DNA of 64,000 bases from Haliotis cracherodii (taxonomy: Eukaryota). Of this stretch, positions 12,790 through 26,048 are shown piece after piece. Position 1 is the first letter of the stretch. Each line of letters begins with the position of its first letter. Position numbers and translations under genes: made by a program. The stretch is from positions 51,026,001 to 51,090,000 of the forward strand of contig NW_027266308.1 of assembly GCF_022045235.1 (NCBI RefSeq), written 5' to 3'. Under the pieces are notes generated by a model. That model made no database searches. It was given only the letters and a program-made list of their open reading frames with translations, and was not told the DNA's origin.

Positions 12790-13959
12790 AAATGGAGGAT
12801 GTGCGTGTTCTAGATCCAATCAGATGTTAGCTTTCTAAAACGATTCAACTTGATTTCTTTACCACCTCGATTTGGAAACTGATGGCTGAGGATGCCATGG
12901 AGCTTCATCTTGCCGAGGCAAGAGCATCCACCAGCCTTTTTATCAAAGTCTTGTTTCCACCCTTGCCACATCAAGCCCACTTTCCTGTGCTAAATATGAT
13001 TGGACTGTTGCACATATCTATAGTCCTATCAGAGAACGTTTCACTAAATCAACATCCACGACTGGTAAATCACCTTCGTATAAGGCCGCTGACTGTCTTT
13101 GTTGACACGAATATGTCTTTTTCATCTTTTAACCCCCCAAAGATTGCCGATGTTTTTGTGTTAGGGATGAAATCATGAATGTTTTCGTTATCTCTTCGAC
13201 TTGGTCGTCGCCTATGGTAGTCACCATCTATGTGAAGCTTTTTGAGATAAGAACAGTGATCTGATTGGATATCGCGTCTTAATTACAAGGGCCACAACTT
13301 GTGATCTACGTGAGGTGGCGCCAGGGTTGAGTCAAGAAAAGTGGCCTTGATGTGGCAATGGTAGAAACTAGGCTTTGATATAGGCTTGTGGACACACTTG
13401 TCTCGGGAAGACTTGGAGCTCAGGATGTGTAAAATCTCCAAAGCAAATTGCATTTGGAATTGATTATTAGAAAGCTAACCTGATGCAACCCTTTATGGTG
13501 ATGTCCTCAGATGTGTTTTTAATGCGATTGCCAAATCACTGAGCCTTGCCACCTGACAAGCATACATTTGTTGGTAACCATTTCTTACCCGGAAGATTTG
13601 AATGAACCAGTAAGCATTTGGCATGAAGCGTCCCACCGGTCATGTGTTTCAGTACTGTACAGGATCATTTGGATTAAGCTCTTAGTTTCACCTTGAGGTA
13701 TATAAAAAGCAGGCTTATGCAAACCAAACCATGGTACAAGATTTGAACTCAGGACATCAGTATTCAATACTGTGTATGCAAGAGCCCCACACACCAAAGA
13801 CCCCAAACAGAGTCAATACTTGCTGTTTGATGTGTTTTGCTTCATGCATGTCCCGTCGGAATGGCGACACAGATGGTACTCTCTGCATCTCTACATCAAC
13901 CACATCTACATACCAGACTTGGTCCTCTTCCGTCACATCTTGAGGGCAGGCATATTCAT
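12790..13959 (-). pseudogene. Decayed coding-like segment of unknown family
   Basis: Acceptor ctcattgttgcag then an open run EYACPQDVTEEDQVWYVDVVDVEMQRVPSVSPFRRDMHEAKHIKQQVLTLFGVFGVWGSCIHSIEY; the same frame continues with scattered stops, many TGA. Confidence 0.45.
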
Positions 13960-14014
13960 CTGCAACAATGAGAACAGTGTCAGAGGAAACATGGAATTAG
14001 CTTTATCTGAATAT

Positions 14015-14290
14015 TTGTTTGTTTGTTTGTTTGTTCGTTGTTTAACGCCACACTCAGCAATATTCCAGCTATATGACGGTGGTCTGTGAATAATCAAGTC
14101 TGGACCAGACAATCCAGTGATTGACTTTATGAGCATTGATCCACGCAATTGGGATACGATGACATGCATCAACCTAGACAACGAGCCTGTCCACCCGATT
14201 CCGTTAGTTGCCTCTTATGACAAGCATAGTCGCCTTTTACGGCAAGCATGGGTTGCTGAAGACCTATTGTACCCCGGATCTTCACGGGTC
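14015..14290 (-). mobile_element. Family B short retroposon, full length
   Basis: Minus-strand start GACCCGTGAAGATCCGGGGTACAATAGGTCTTCAGCAACCC; (AAAC)n tail. Confidence 0.92.
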
Positions 14291-14304
14291 TTTATCCACT
14301 GACT

Positions 14305-14530
14305 GAGGGAGTTATATCATGACATGTCAGCTCAATCCTGGAAGAAAGCCCAAAGTGATGCAGGTCTCAGACATTTACCACTTTGGTAAAACCCGTGAGA
14401 ATCGGTATGGTGCTGACAAACCTAGAAACATGACAGGTATTCGAACCCACGATAATAGTTTCTGTCATGCCCAAGGGCTGCAACTCTGTACAGAAATTTG
14501 TGGTGCCTTAGGCGACTGGGTCACTTGAGC
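14305..14530 (-). mobile_element. SINE family D, diverged
   Basis: GAAAGCCCAAAGTGATGCAGGTCTCAGAC...GGTGCTGACAAACCTAGAAACA...TTCGAACCCAC matches 34013 copy. Confidence 0.85.
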
Positions 14531-15726
14531 TCCCAAGGTCTTTACAACAAAGTCATGGTGTTTTACATTAGCAATATTGCAACACAACACAGTGGCATGA
14601 AAAGGAATTGTAACTGGAACAGCAATGCTCCACATCATCAGCACAGCCACAGGATCAGCAACACAACACAGTGGCATGAAAAGGAATTGTAACTGGACCA
14701 GCAATGATCCACATCATCAGCGATCAGCAACACAACACCTATATACATTATCAGGGTGAATGTAGGATTCAAACTGACCATCGTGGGTTCCTGGCACTCC
14801 TAAGGGATGCAACTCAGTACAGTGAAATGAGGCACCTTAGACGACTGGGCCACGAGTGGTCCCCATTTGAATACCGACAGGCAAGACAGGCCTTTGGAGC
14901 CAAGAGGAACTGAATAATTTAAGAAATAGGAATGACTAAAATAACTAAAAATTTAAATAAAGTTTCGCGACGTGAAAATATGGTGCCTTTTCTTTACAAC
15001 GCTTGCATGTGTTGGACTTTTAACAACACTAAATGTAGTTGCAAGGTTAAAATGTGTGAAAACTGCTGATTTTAGATGCTTCAGGGAAGCGGCTTTCTAT
15101 TATTTGAACATGAGTGTGTCTTTGACCTAAGCACACTATCCTAGGAAATGTAGGTGAAGACAGTACAAACATATGGTAAAAAATTCGTCTTGGTTCACAG
15201 ACTTGTCTATCATCAGATTTTCACTTTAAGTTAGTAACATCAGCCTTTTCACTAATTTTAGATGGTACTTCTTCAAGGGTCCAAAACATGACAGCATACA
15301 GGAGAAAATATGCTGACGTAATATTTTTTGGTAATTTTCATATTAGTATTTCAAAGTTTCTGTAACATAAACATATGACATTTATCAATGGGGCTAGATA
15401 TTGCTCTTATCATACCTTATGGTATCTTTGTGGATTCATATTCCTGATCATGTGTTTTTAATCTGAAGGCGACTGAGTAAGTGGGGCATTGGGCTGCAAT
15501 ATGATGGGAAGGACACACACATAGTTTGTCTTACCGGGAATTAAGTATAATTATATCAGAAATTCCAGGGATGAGCACTCTCCATCTTTGAAGGTAAATA
15601 TAGACTTTTTACAGCTGACTGTCTTATTGAGAGTTCTGTATTTTCAAATGCATTGCATTTATATTCTTATGAGTGTGTTGGTTGAGACAGAAGCCAATCA
15701 AAATTTAAATGTAGGCTGATGTGTAG

Positions 15727-15812
15727 TCAGTGAGTGAGTGAGTGAGTGAGTGGGTTGCTTTGTTGGGCGGGTTAGTGAGTGAGTGAGTGAGTGAGTGAGT
15801 GAGTGAGTGAGT
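15727..15812. repeat. (GAGT)n microsatellite, interrupted
   Basis: Visible GAGT runs. Confidence 0.9.
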
Positions 15813-16302
15813 GGTTAAACTTGTCTTCATGCAAAGTGCTTACATTCTTCATCAACAGACACTATATGCAAACACTGCACCACCATAACAGCAGCAATAT
15901 TAGGATAACAGACATACACACTGTGATCGCTGCCCTATGTGTAATGTCACGTTTTGAGGAAATATGAAATAATCTTGATGTAATGCCAACCCTTAAAGTA
16001 TTTTATTACTTAAACAACAGACCAAGTTGCTGATGAACCATACAAAGAAAGTAACACAAACAGGTTGGTCTATTCATGAAATGCATACATTTTCTTCAAT
16101 GTCACTTCAGTCATTAATTCATAATGTCTACAAACAGTAAATATTATGAAGAATTTTTTTGAATAAATTAGCATGGCCTCTTTATTATTTGGTTTACAGA
16201 TCTTTTTCAAAACCTCTGCATGATGAACCCACCACGCCATCTTCTGTAGTCATAACTAAACTGTTTCAATTCTATTTTAATGAGTTTTGGAAACTGTTTG
16301 TG

Positions 16303-16633
16303 GTGAGGTGAGGTGAAATTGGGTTTAACGTCGCGTCCAAGATTATTGCACTTATATAATGACGTGCATGCAAGTGTTTGGCTGCTTGTACTAGTCCGGA
16401 CTGATGCCGATTTATAGTTCTCGCCCACTGAGATACCATGCCGCAGTTTAACATGAATACCCCACTCAGACACAGTATATTGACTCCGAGCCGACCAGTG
16501 CTTGTTTTAGCCCCTTAATGCCGAGCGCCAGACAGGGTAACAATAAGAACCATCTTTTAGCATCTTTTGGTATGACGCGGCCGGGGATCGAACCCCAGAC
16601 CTAACGCTCTACCACTAGACCACGGAGGCGGTT
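16303..16633 (-). mobile_element. tRNA-headed SINE family C, deletion in head
   Basis: Matches 21236 copy; imperfect TSD GAAAcTGTTTGTG / GAAAgTGTTTGTG. Confidence 0.9.
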
Positions 16634-16718
16634 GAAAGTGTTTGTGAGTGGCCTGTCAGTAGTATAAAGTAGCATGAGTAATCATACAGTTGAAGAAGCA
16701 CAGAGAGTTGTTATCTTC

Positions 16719-17076
16719 AGGTGAGGTGAGGTGAAATTGGGTTTAACGTCGCGTCCAAGATTATTGCACTTATATAGCGACGTGCATGTACGTGTGTGTG
16801 TTTGTGTGGCTGCTTGTACAAGTCCGGACTGATGCCGATTTATAGTGCTAGCCCACTGAGATACCATGCCGCAGTTTAACATGGATACCCCACTCAGACA
16901 CAGTATACTGACTCCGAGCCGACCAGTCCTTGTTTTAGCCCCTTAATGCCGAGCGCCAGACAGGGTAACAACAAGTACCATTTTTTAACGTCTTTTGGTA
17001 TGACGCGGCGGGGGATCGAACCCCGAACCTTCCGCTCTTCGGGCGGACGCTCTACCACTAGACCATGGAGGCGGTC
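16719..17076 (-). mobile_element. SINE family C, full length with TSD
   Basis: A box TGGTCTAGTGG, B box GGTTCGATCCC, central GTCATACCAAAAGACG...GGCGCTCGGCATTAAGGG; TSD TGTTATCTTC. Confidence 0.94.
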
Positions 17077-17721
17077 TGTTATCTTCCGTATGTTACCGTG
17101 TGTCATGTTATTCCACCTCATAGGATACGTATGACATTATGTACAAGAGCCCCAAGTAACTCAAAATGATCTTTCATGAAATAAGACAGTTGTCAAATTT
17201 ATTTCTGGGTTAAGACTGTAATAAGAGTGAAGTAAGTGAATGGCTGTCGTCAGCAACTGAAATGTGACCTTGACCTTGACCTTGACGTATTCTGGGATAT
17301 ACTGCCTTTTATAGCACTCAGTACTAATGTTCAGCAAATGTTACATTAATTCGATCCTGTTAACAAGAACTTACAACATAGTACATAGGGATGACTTTTG
17401 ATCAATGAAAGTTATACCCATTTTGAAAATATCATCTGTATTTGGATAATTCAATTTATCACATCATTGGTAGATTTCTTGACAAGAAAAGGAAGGCCCA
17501 GGCTTAATAATATGACAGAAATATGACAGTTGTAGAATTTATTACCCACAGTCAGTAACTTGACCTTGACTTATGCTGGACGTTACTGGTACCCTCACTG
17601 GAACTTTACTTGTTCTCATACTTTTAGCTTCTGTTTTGTTTAGATTCTGCCTTCTTTACTCACTTATAATTGTGAGAGTGATATTAATAAACAACCTTGC
17701 TAATATGAAGGTCATTCATCA

Positions 17722-17985
17722 GAGTGAGTTGGGTTTAACGCCGCTTTAACAGTATTCCAGTTATATCATGGCATGTCAGCTTAATGTGGGAGGAAAGCCC
17801 GAAGTGATGTAGGTCTCAGACATTAACCACTTTGGTGAAACCCGCAAGCACGGGTATGGTGCTGACAAACCTAGAAACATAATCTGGGTGAACCGGGATT
17901 CGAACCAACAATCAAAGGTTTCTGGCGTGCCCAAGGGATGCAACTTTGCACAGCAAATCGTGGCGCCTTATGGCCACTCATACCC
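17722..17985 (-). mobile_element. SINE family D
   Basis: Colinear with 34013 copy. Confidence 0.9.
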
Positions 17986-18337
17986 CCCTCATTCATTAGA
18001 AAACTTCTATCATTGTTGAAAGTAAGATCAAGAACCACCTGTAATTTGATAATAATTTAGTAACAAAGTTTGCAATGTTCCAGATATAGAATATCATATT
18101 CGTAATAATCAAGTTTGGACTACACAAACCAGTGATTGACATAATGAGCAATGTCCCATGTCATAAGGGGATGATGACATGTCAGCCAAGGCACCAAGGC
18201 TGACCACCCAATCCATTATTTGTCTCCTACAACAAGCATAGGTGGGTGGGGATTTATTTATATCAGGAAACCCCATGGGTGTCAGCTATAAGGTTCTCAC
18301 TATCAGAAGGTGAGCTACAGTCTCCACGTCCTCCTAG

Positions 18338-18609
18338 CACTAGAAGTACAAGACAAGACCCTTTTCGGACAACTAGAAGTACAAGACAAGACCCTTTTCG
18401 GACAACTAGAAGCACAAGACAAGACCCTTTTCGGACAACTAGAAGTACAAGACAAGACCCTTTTTGGACAACAAGAAGTACAAGACAAGACCCTTTTTGG
18501 ACAACAAGAAGTACAAGACGAGACCCTTTTCGGACAACTAGAAGTTCAAGACAAGACCCTTTTCGGACAACTAGAAGTACAAGACAAGACCCTTTTCGGA
18601 CAACTAGAA
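18338..18609. repeat. Minisatellite, 33 bp unit ACTAGAAGTACAAGACAAGACCCTTTTCGGACA, ~8 copies
   Basis: Direct periodicity; gives 11-aa repeat ORFs at 18246 and 18310. Confidence 0.96.
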
Positions 18610-19303
18610 ATTGAAAATACTAAAAGTTACAGAAAACCTTTTAATAAAGTAATAAGGAACATGTTTATAGAGTGACATGTTTTTTTCTGTCAAGCCAATT
18701 TTGGAGAATGACATAGTCAAGTACAGGGGGTAATGCTAAAATAAAGAGGAACAATGTTGATGTTTAAGATAAACCTAATTTTGACCAAATATGAATGTTT
18801 TATCTGATGTTTGTACTGTCCTTACCAACTTCTCCTGAAATGATCTGTTAGGATCAAGGACATGCCCATTTTCAAATATTTATAAAACGCTTATGAAATC
18901 CTCCAAAATTAGCCGTTTTGACACATTTAAGCCTTTCTTCTGCCAACATGCAAATGGTGAAAAGATTTATGTGAATAGTTCTTATCACTGTCATGAAGAT
19001 TTTAATTACTTTTGCTGATTTCTTAACTTTTTGCTGGTGGACTGAGAAGGTCCTATATCACAACTAGTCCTTTAAACTTGAAAACATTCAAAACATAATC
19101 CCTTGATTTGCTTGCATCCTCATGAAATAACTAAGGCAATTACTGGTTCCAGTGACGTATCTATGTAGGATTGACATTTCATACATTCATCTCTTCAGAA
19201 AATGACATAAAGTGGAAACAGACTAGAACTTGGACATCTGACATAGGTTCAGTTTTGATGAACTGGAACTTTTTTATAGATAAAAATGGTTTTACTTTGT
19301 TTG

Positions 19304-19345
19304 TCAAGAAGTTTCAGAGCTACATCTTGCTCTTTCATCAGGTGG
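19304..19345 (-). ncRNA. Degenerate minimal hammerhead ribozyme motif (Penelope-like relic)
   Basis: Minus strand CTGATGA-A-AGAGC-AAGATGTA-GCTCT-GAAAC-TTC: intact core and 5-bp stem II; stem I not convincing. Confidence 0.4.
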
Positions 19346-19446
19346 ATGGAAAACAAACACGTTACTACCCACACAAAAATGAAGTCTTCATGTTCATGTT
19401 CTACTAACTTCTGACTTCAGTGACTTCCATGTTCAGAGAGGCTGAG

Positions 19447-19615
19447 GGGCGGTCGGGTAGCCTAGTGGTTAAAGCGTTTGCTCGTCACACCGAAGACCCT
19501 TGTTCGAATCCCGACATGGGTACAATGTGTGAAGCCCATTTCTGGTGTCCCCTGCCGTGATATTGCTAGAATATTGCTCAAAGCGGCTTAAAACCAAACT
19601 CACTCACTCACACAC
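19447..19615 (+). mobile_element. SINE family A with TSD
   Basis: Consensus match; TSD TCAGAGAGGCTGAG on both sides. A more diverged copy follows at ~19719-19885. Confidence 0.94.
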
Positions 19616-21235
19616 TCAGAGAGGCTGAGTAAATATAGGAAATACAAATTGAAGAAAATAGCTAATGTCTCATTGTGTAATCAAACTGATTTATATGTGA
19701 AACTGCCCTACGCATTACTGGGCGGTGGGGTAGCCAAGTGGTTAAAGAGTTAGCTTATCATGCCAAAGGCCCAGGTTCGAATCTTAAATGGGTACAATAT
19801 GTGAAACCCATTTTCTGGTGTTCCCATTGCTGGAATAATGCTAAAGCTGCATAAAACCTAACTCAATCAATCACTCACTTACTCATTTCCAATGGTATAA
19901 AATGCATATGATGTCATCCAAAATGGTCCAAGTACATCAGCTTGCTAAGACTTCAGAACTCAGATGTGACTGACTGAATGCTTCACAGTGAAAAGCTAAT
20001 AACAATGTCCAACATACACAAACAAAGCTGCCGGACACACGTCTCATTGCCAGGAGGATCAGGAGATTCTGGTGAAGCAATGTGGGTGTTCCCTAATGAA
20101 CCCAATGATACAACCACATGCTTGTCCATGCTAAATCAAACATTTTCAGAAGATCCATGTTTGGTGAGAGCTTAAGATGAAGAGGATTGGTAACATTTCG
20201 AGATCATTTAAGTAAACGTCAGTGAGTGAATCAGAACATCAAACTGACATTTTACATAAATGAGAATTTTCCATTCAAGTACAGTTTTGGACACGTTATC
20301 CCTACTTAGTCCCACGATGAGACAATCCTCTGGATTGGTAAGCAGTTATGGAGATATCACTCGAAACTGTTGATTCTATTTCCAGAATAGTTATGGTTGA
20401 TGCATAATTTCTCCATAATTTTGAATAATAGCCTGTAGTTGAGTCAGTTTTACTTGCACAAACTGCACATTTAGAATGGCCAGTGAATTCCTGGCTCCAA
20501 AATCAACAGCAACACCAGTAGAGTGACCGTCAAAATGGTTTAATGTTCAACAATCCAAGTTATCCAACATATTGGTAAGAACAATTATAGTGTGTCTGGA
20601 GTGTTGGACATAACAGTATAAAGGTTTAAAGGTTTAAAGAATTGGTTTACAGGAGGTTTAAGTTAGGATTGAGGATTGAGGATGGGCCAAGCCAGCAGGT
20701 ATGCAGTTAGTATATAACCCATAACCTTGCTAATTGTTTTGTAATGAAACACTTGACTGCTCCATACCAATTCACCTTGACCTTATGATTGTTTTGTCCA
20801 GTCATGATAGGTACAACAACTCCTCAGACTTTGATCTTGACATTTGTTTTGTTCCTTTATTATATATACAACTGCTCCATAACAATTCACCTTGACCTTG
20901 GTATTTGTTCTGTTTAGTCAGTATCTCTGTTCCCATTCCAAAAACTTTGACCTTGACAATGTTTGATAGATTTGACAGTTGCAGAACAATTTATAGTTTT
21001 GGGTAATGTAGCCCAGGTAAATATTCCTGCTGCATAAACTCTAGACCAGATCTTGATTATAGTCTCGTCCAGTCCTGACATAGATATTCTTGGAAATGTT
21101 TAGGCCAGTGTCTTTTTTACCAGACTGTTACTCTGATTCGATACCTCCCTCCGTAACAATGTGATAAATCTCTGGAGGAGGTTAAGTCAGGCTCACATTC
21201 TGCCACCTCCTAGAAGATGACTGTTCCTTTAGTCA

Positions 21236-21578
21236 GCGACTGCCTCCGTGGTCTAGTGGTAGAGCGTCCGCCCGGAGAGCGGAAGGTCCGGGGTTCGATT
21301 CCCTGCCGCGTCATACCAAAAGACGGTACTTGTTGTTACCCTGTCTGGCGCTCGGCATTAAGGGGCTAAAACAAGGACTGGTCGGCTCGGAGTCAGTATA
21401 CTGTGTCTGAGTGGGGTATCCATGTTAAACTGCGGCATGGTATCTCAGAGAGCTAGCACTATAAATCGGCATCAGTCCGGACTAGTACAAGCAGCCACAC
21501 ACACACACGTGCATGCACGTCGCTATATAAGTGCAATAATGTTGGACGTGACGTTAAACCCCATTTCACCTCACCACC
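21236..21578 (+). mobile_element. SINE family C, full length with TSD (Meta-domain-like centre)
   Basis: GCCTCCGTGGTCTAGTGGTAGAGCGTCCGCCCGGAGAGCGGAAGGTCCGGGGTTCGATTCCC head; TSD TCCTTTAGTCA. Meta-domain resemblance is from recall. Confidence 0.93.
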
Positions 21579-22031
21579 TCCTTTAGTCACCCATCCAAGT
21601 ATACTTTGAAGGGGGGGGGTATACCGGTACTCTTATACTCAACAACCACAACACCTTCATTAAAGTCACATCTTATTTGGTATGAGGCACCATAACTCGC
21701 TATACAACCCCTTAAGTGCAACATATATGCTAACCTTGGCTAGAACTTTGGTTTGTCAGCCATGACAACTTTACAGCGACTACTGAAGTGGTAGACATCC
21801 ATTATCTGCATCCGTCTGTAACCTCTGACATTAAGGGCGCTGGTTTAGCCTAGTGGCTATAAAAGATTTGGTTGTCACGCTGAAGGCCCGAGTTTGATTC
21901 CCCACAGGGGCGTAACGTGTGAAGTACCCTGGACTTGATATTGCTGGAATAATGCTAAACGAAACATATAACCAAACTAGACAACTCCTTCTGACATTAA
22001 GGTACAGACATCAGTTTGATATATATAGACT

Positions 22032-22169
22032 ACTAAACTCGCTCCCGTGTAATACCAGTTTTATGAAATGAGTGAATAGTACTTGTGTCTGACAAGAGAA
22101 ACTGAGTCAGACACCAGAACTATTCATGAGGTTCCTAAAATTTGGTATTACACTGGGGCGAATTTAGTA
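22032..22169. repeat. Long imperfect palindrome, probable end of a Crypton-like element extending to ~22895
   Basis: ACTAAACTCGCTCCCGTGTAATACCA..TGAATAGT..TGTCTGAC / GTCAGACA..ACTATTCA..TGGTATTACACTGGGGCGAATTTAGT; TGGTATTACAC recurs at ~22826. Confidence 0.78.
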
Positions 22170-22357
22170 TTTTATTTATTACTTGCCCTTTTAAAAAAAT
22201 AAAATTCACTGTCATGTATAAATAGGCAGACATCTAATCCAATTTCAGTTTAACAGAATAATACTTCAAACATGTCAAATGTTTACATATAGGCCCACCT
22301 TTAGGCGTCAGTTCCATGAAGGCTTTCATAACTCCCATTCAATTACATAGACTTATG

Positions 22358-22524
22358 AGTGAGTGAGTGGGTATGGTTTTACGCCGCTTTTAGCAATATT
22401 CCAGCAATATCATGGCGGGGGACACCAGAAATGGGCTTTACACATTGTACCCATGTCGGGAATTGAACCTGGGTCTTGGGCGTGACGAGCAAACGCTTCA
22501 ACCACTAGGCTACCCGACAGCCCC
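22358..22524 (-). mobile_element. SINE family A with TSD
   Basis: Consensus match; TSD CATAGACTTATGA. Confidence 0.94.
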
Positions 22525-23569
22525 CATAGACTTATGACTATCCTTGCTCTCCAGCCGCCTTACATGGCCCTGCACCACAAAGTTTACAATACCGTCACAA
22601 CACCCTATGACGTAATTTGTGGAACTTTGCTGCTAGATCCACCGGCGAAACAATGCCGTGTGATGTCAGCCTAGCAACAGGGTTGCTGGAGTCAGCAGGT
22701 GTGCATAAGCTCCTCTCAGTGATCTACCACCTCTACATGCATTGTAGTTGAATTAGCCCAGGGATGTTGGGAGTTTTCAATATTTGTTAGTGAAACTTGT
22801 TCCAGCAGTTCATAAGCACACGCTTTGGTATTACACAATGTGTGATACAGCTGTGTGTTTATTAAATGGTTTATCTCTTCACTGGCGAGTAATAAAATTG
22901 AGTTTCTGCTGAAAGAAGCATCCAATTCACCTCACTCACTCATACATAAAAACATGCCCCACAATGCATCTCGGACGAAGACCAGACACCAGTGTGGTGG
23001 GAGGCAGGAATTACGGTTTACTTACATCCCTGAGTCTATTTGTGATACTGCTTTAATACTGTTATCCTAATCACTCTTCATCTATCACAGATCTGATTAA
23101 ACTGCGCTGGCTACAGTCGCAAGTGTTTCCTGTTGCGAGGAGTATGGCGTCTTCATCAAAGATTTGAAATTTACAGACTTATTGACCTTAGCCAAAAGCT
23201 CAGACAAGAAAATAAATAGAAATGATTTATGTCTATTTTCATTAGAGGAGACTGCTTTTAAGTATTTTTAGACCAAAAGAACAATTATTTAAGTCTCAGC
23301 TGCACAGAATGAAACAGACATGTTCCATGGCCACCATAGATATGTAAGAACGTTTTCTCCAGTATTTTCTATTTTGTAAATCATCTGATCAACACAATGA
23401 CCAACAAATATTCAGATACATAAATATGGTTGCATTGTTATTTTCACCCATCTAATAAAACATGCTGGTAAAAAATCTGTGGACCATAGAAAATTGTAGT
23501 GAGTGAGTGAGTTGGGTTTAACTTCGATATATGCAAGTTTTGCAAGTTTTGCCGGAAGTAGGATTGGTA

Positions 23570-23852
23570 TGGTGATATGGAGTTTAACGCCACGTCCAAG
23601 ATTATTGCACTTATATATCAACGCGCATGCACATGTGTGTGTGTGTGGCTGCTTGTACTGGTCCGGACTGATTTAAAGTGCTAGACCAACCACTGAGATA
23701 CCATGCCGCAATTTAACATGAATACCCCACTCAGACACAGTATAATGACTCCGAGTCAACCAGTCATTGTATTAGCCCCTTAATGCCAAGCACCAAACAG
23801 GGTAACAAGTTCCATCTTTTAAGATCTTTTGGTAGGACGTGGCTGGGGATTG
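23570..23852 (-). mobile_element. SINE family C, 5'-truncated, abutting (GAGT)n
   Basis: CCAAGATTATTGCACTTATAT...CCACTGAGATACCATGCCGCA...GCCCCTTAATGCC. Confidence 0.88.
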
Positions 23853-23906
23853 AAGTGAGTGAGTGAGTGAGTGAGTGAGTGAGTGAGTGAGTGAGTAGCA
23901 ATATTC

Positions 23907-24625
23907 AAGAGCCATTGGACTGACAATAGTGGAACACAAGAGCCATTGGACTGACAATAGTGGAACACAAGAGCCATTGGACTGACAATAGTGGAACACA
24001 AGAGCCATTTGATGGACAATAGCGGAACACAAGAGCCATTTGATGGACAATAGCGGAACACAAGAGCCATTGGACTAATAATAGTGGAACACAAGAGCCA
24101 CTTGATGGACAATAGTGGAACACAAGAGCCACTAGATGGACAATAGTGGAACACAAGAGCCACTAGATGGACGATAGTGGAACACAAGAGCCACTAGATG
24201 GACAATAGTGGAACACAAGAGCCATTGGACTGACAATAGTGGAACACAAGAGCCACTAGATGGACAATAGTGGAACACAAGAGCCACTAGATGGACAATA
24301 GTGGAACACAAGAGCCACTAGATGGACAATAGTGGAACACAAGAGCCACTAGATGGACAACAGTGGAACACAAGAGCCACTAGATGGACAATAGTGGAAC
24401 ACAAGAGCCACTAGATGGACAATAGTGGAACACAAGAGCCACTAGATGGACAACAGTGGAACACAAGAGCCACTTGATGGACAATAGTGGAACACAAGAG
24501 CCACTTGATGGACAATAGTGGAACACAAGAGCCACTAGATGGACAATAGTGGAACACAAGAGCCATTTGATGGACAATAGTGGAACACAAGAGCCACTGG
24601 ACGGACAATAGTGGAACACAAGAGC
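23907..24625. repeat. Minisatellite, 31 bp unit CAAGAGCCACTAGATGGACAATAGTGGAACA, ~23 copies
   Basis: Direct periodicity; explains ORFs 23772-24719. Confidence 0.97.
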
Positions 24626-25350
24626 ATGAGTTTAGTGCTGACAAACCAAGAATCATAATGAAGGTAAATTTGGGATTCGAACCTAAGATGTTAGGTTCTG
24701 GCAGACCTAAGCTATTCAACTAAAAACTGCAATGTCTGACTACACAATCACTAATGTTAAGAAAAGTCATCCATAGTCCAAATGTTCACCCACTGCATGC
24801 ATCAGGTCACTCAGTCCAAAGTCACACTGTAGGATGACATGTTGAAAGTTTCATTGAACTATACTAAATCTAAGGGTGAATGCGTGCACGTTGTTTTATA
24901 CTGCAGTCATCAAGGTCATATCAAGGTCGTAACTTATGAAGTCTTGACTAGACAAACTAATGGTTGATAGAAAGAGCAATAATCAACATACATTGCTTCC
25001 CAACTTTCACAGATGCCATCACCTTAAAACCTTCGGACATGGTCCACATTTTAGTAACCTACAGTGATACGTCTTGAATGAATAAGCTCAACACTTCTAC
25101 ACCTGTGAATGTAGAGATGAAAGTTAGTTATACCACATCTGACATTTCAACCATACTGAGAAGACAATGTGATTTTCATAGACCTAACTTCGACATTTTG
25201 AAAACAATAATAATTTGGTATTTTCATAATAACTGCTACAAGGTGTGATTTAAGAAACGACACAATATAAACATCAAATTTTCTTGGCATCTTGTAGGTA
25301 CACACAGATGAGAACAATAAAAATGTTTTGAAACACAAGATCATGTATGG

Positions 25351-25510
25351 GTGAGTGAGTGAGTGAGTCTGATTCTAGCAATATTCCAGCAATATCACGG
25401 CGGGGGTCACCAGAAATGGGCTTCACAAATTGTACCCATGTTGGGAATCGAACCTGGGTCTTCGACGTGACGAGCAAACGCTTTAACCACTAAGCTACCC
25501 GACCGCCCCT
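25351..25510 (-). mobile_element. SINE family A with TSD
   Basis: Consensus match; TSD GATCATGTATGG. Confidence 0.92.
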
Positions 25511-26048
25511 GATCATGTATGGATTCCAACCAACACATTTCCTGGCACAAATATTAATTCTCAAATTCTATTTGGAACAGACAGATTTGTGCCTCTTCTC
25601 ATGTAGTATCTTCACCTGAACATTCATCATCTGTAGGCAGAGGTTTAATCTTCATCTAAATCTTCCTAATTAGGTACAGGTACAAAACATTCATCATGTA
25701 TAGAGCTAGTAAATATACAATGTAAATGCCAGAGAATAACCAGTCTTGATTATCCACCAAAACAGACTCCACAGGGACTAAAAGGCAAAATAGTGATGAA
25801 AATTATAGGAATGGAACACTGAAAATCAGTGATAACACTGGTAGTTGGCAAAAAATATATTATTGACAATATGTCGTGAGTTCCAATGCCACTTTGTAAA
25901 CTACTTGTTACATCATGACTGTCAGTTCATGACAGCAGGATGTCCAAACGAACTCAGGTCATAGACATTTCCAAACATGGTGAGGATGGTGATGAATATG
26001 GAAGACAAACCTAGGATCCTGACTATAAGAATGTTACTGCACAGCGAG

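Noticed and set aside
23907-24625. CRISPR-like regular array (also 1-1520, 9075-9428, 18338-18609, 26049-26526)
   Set aside because: Units are contiguous with no unique spacers, no cas genes, eukaryotic context.
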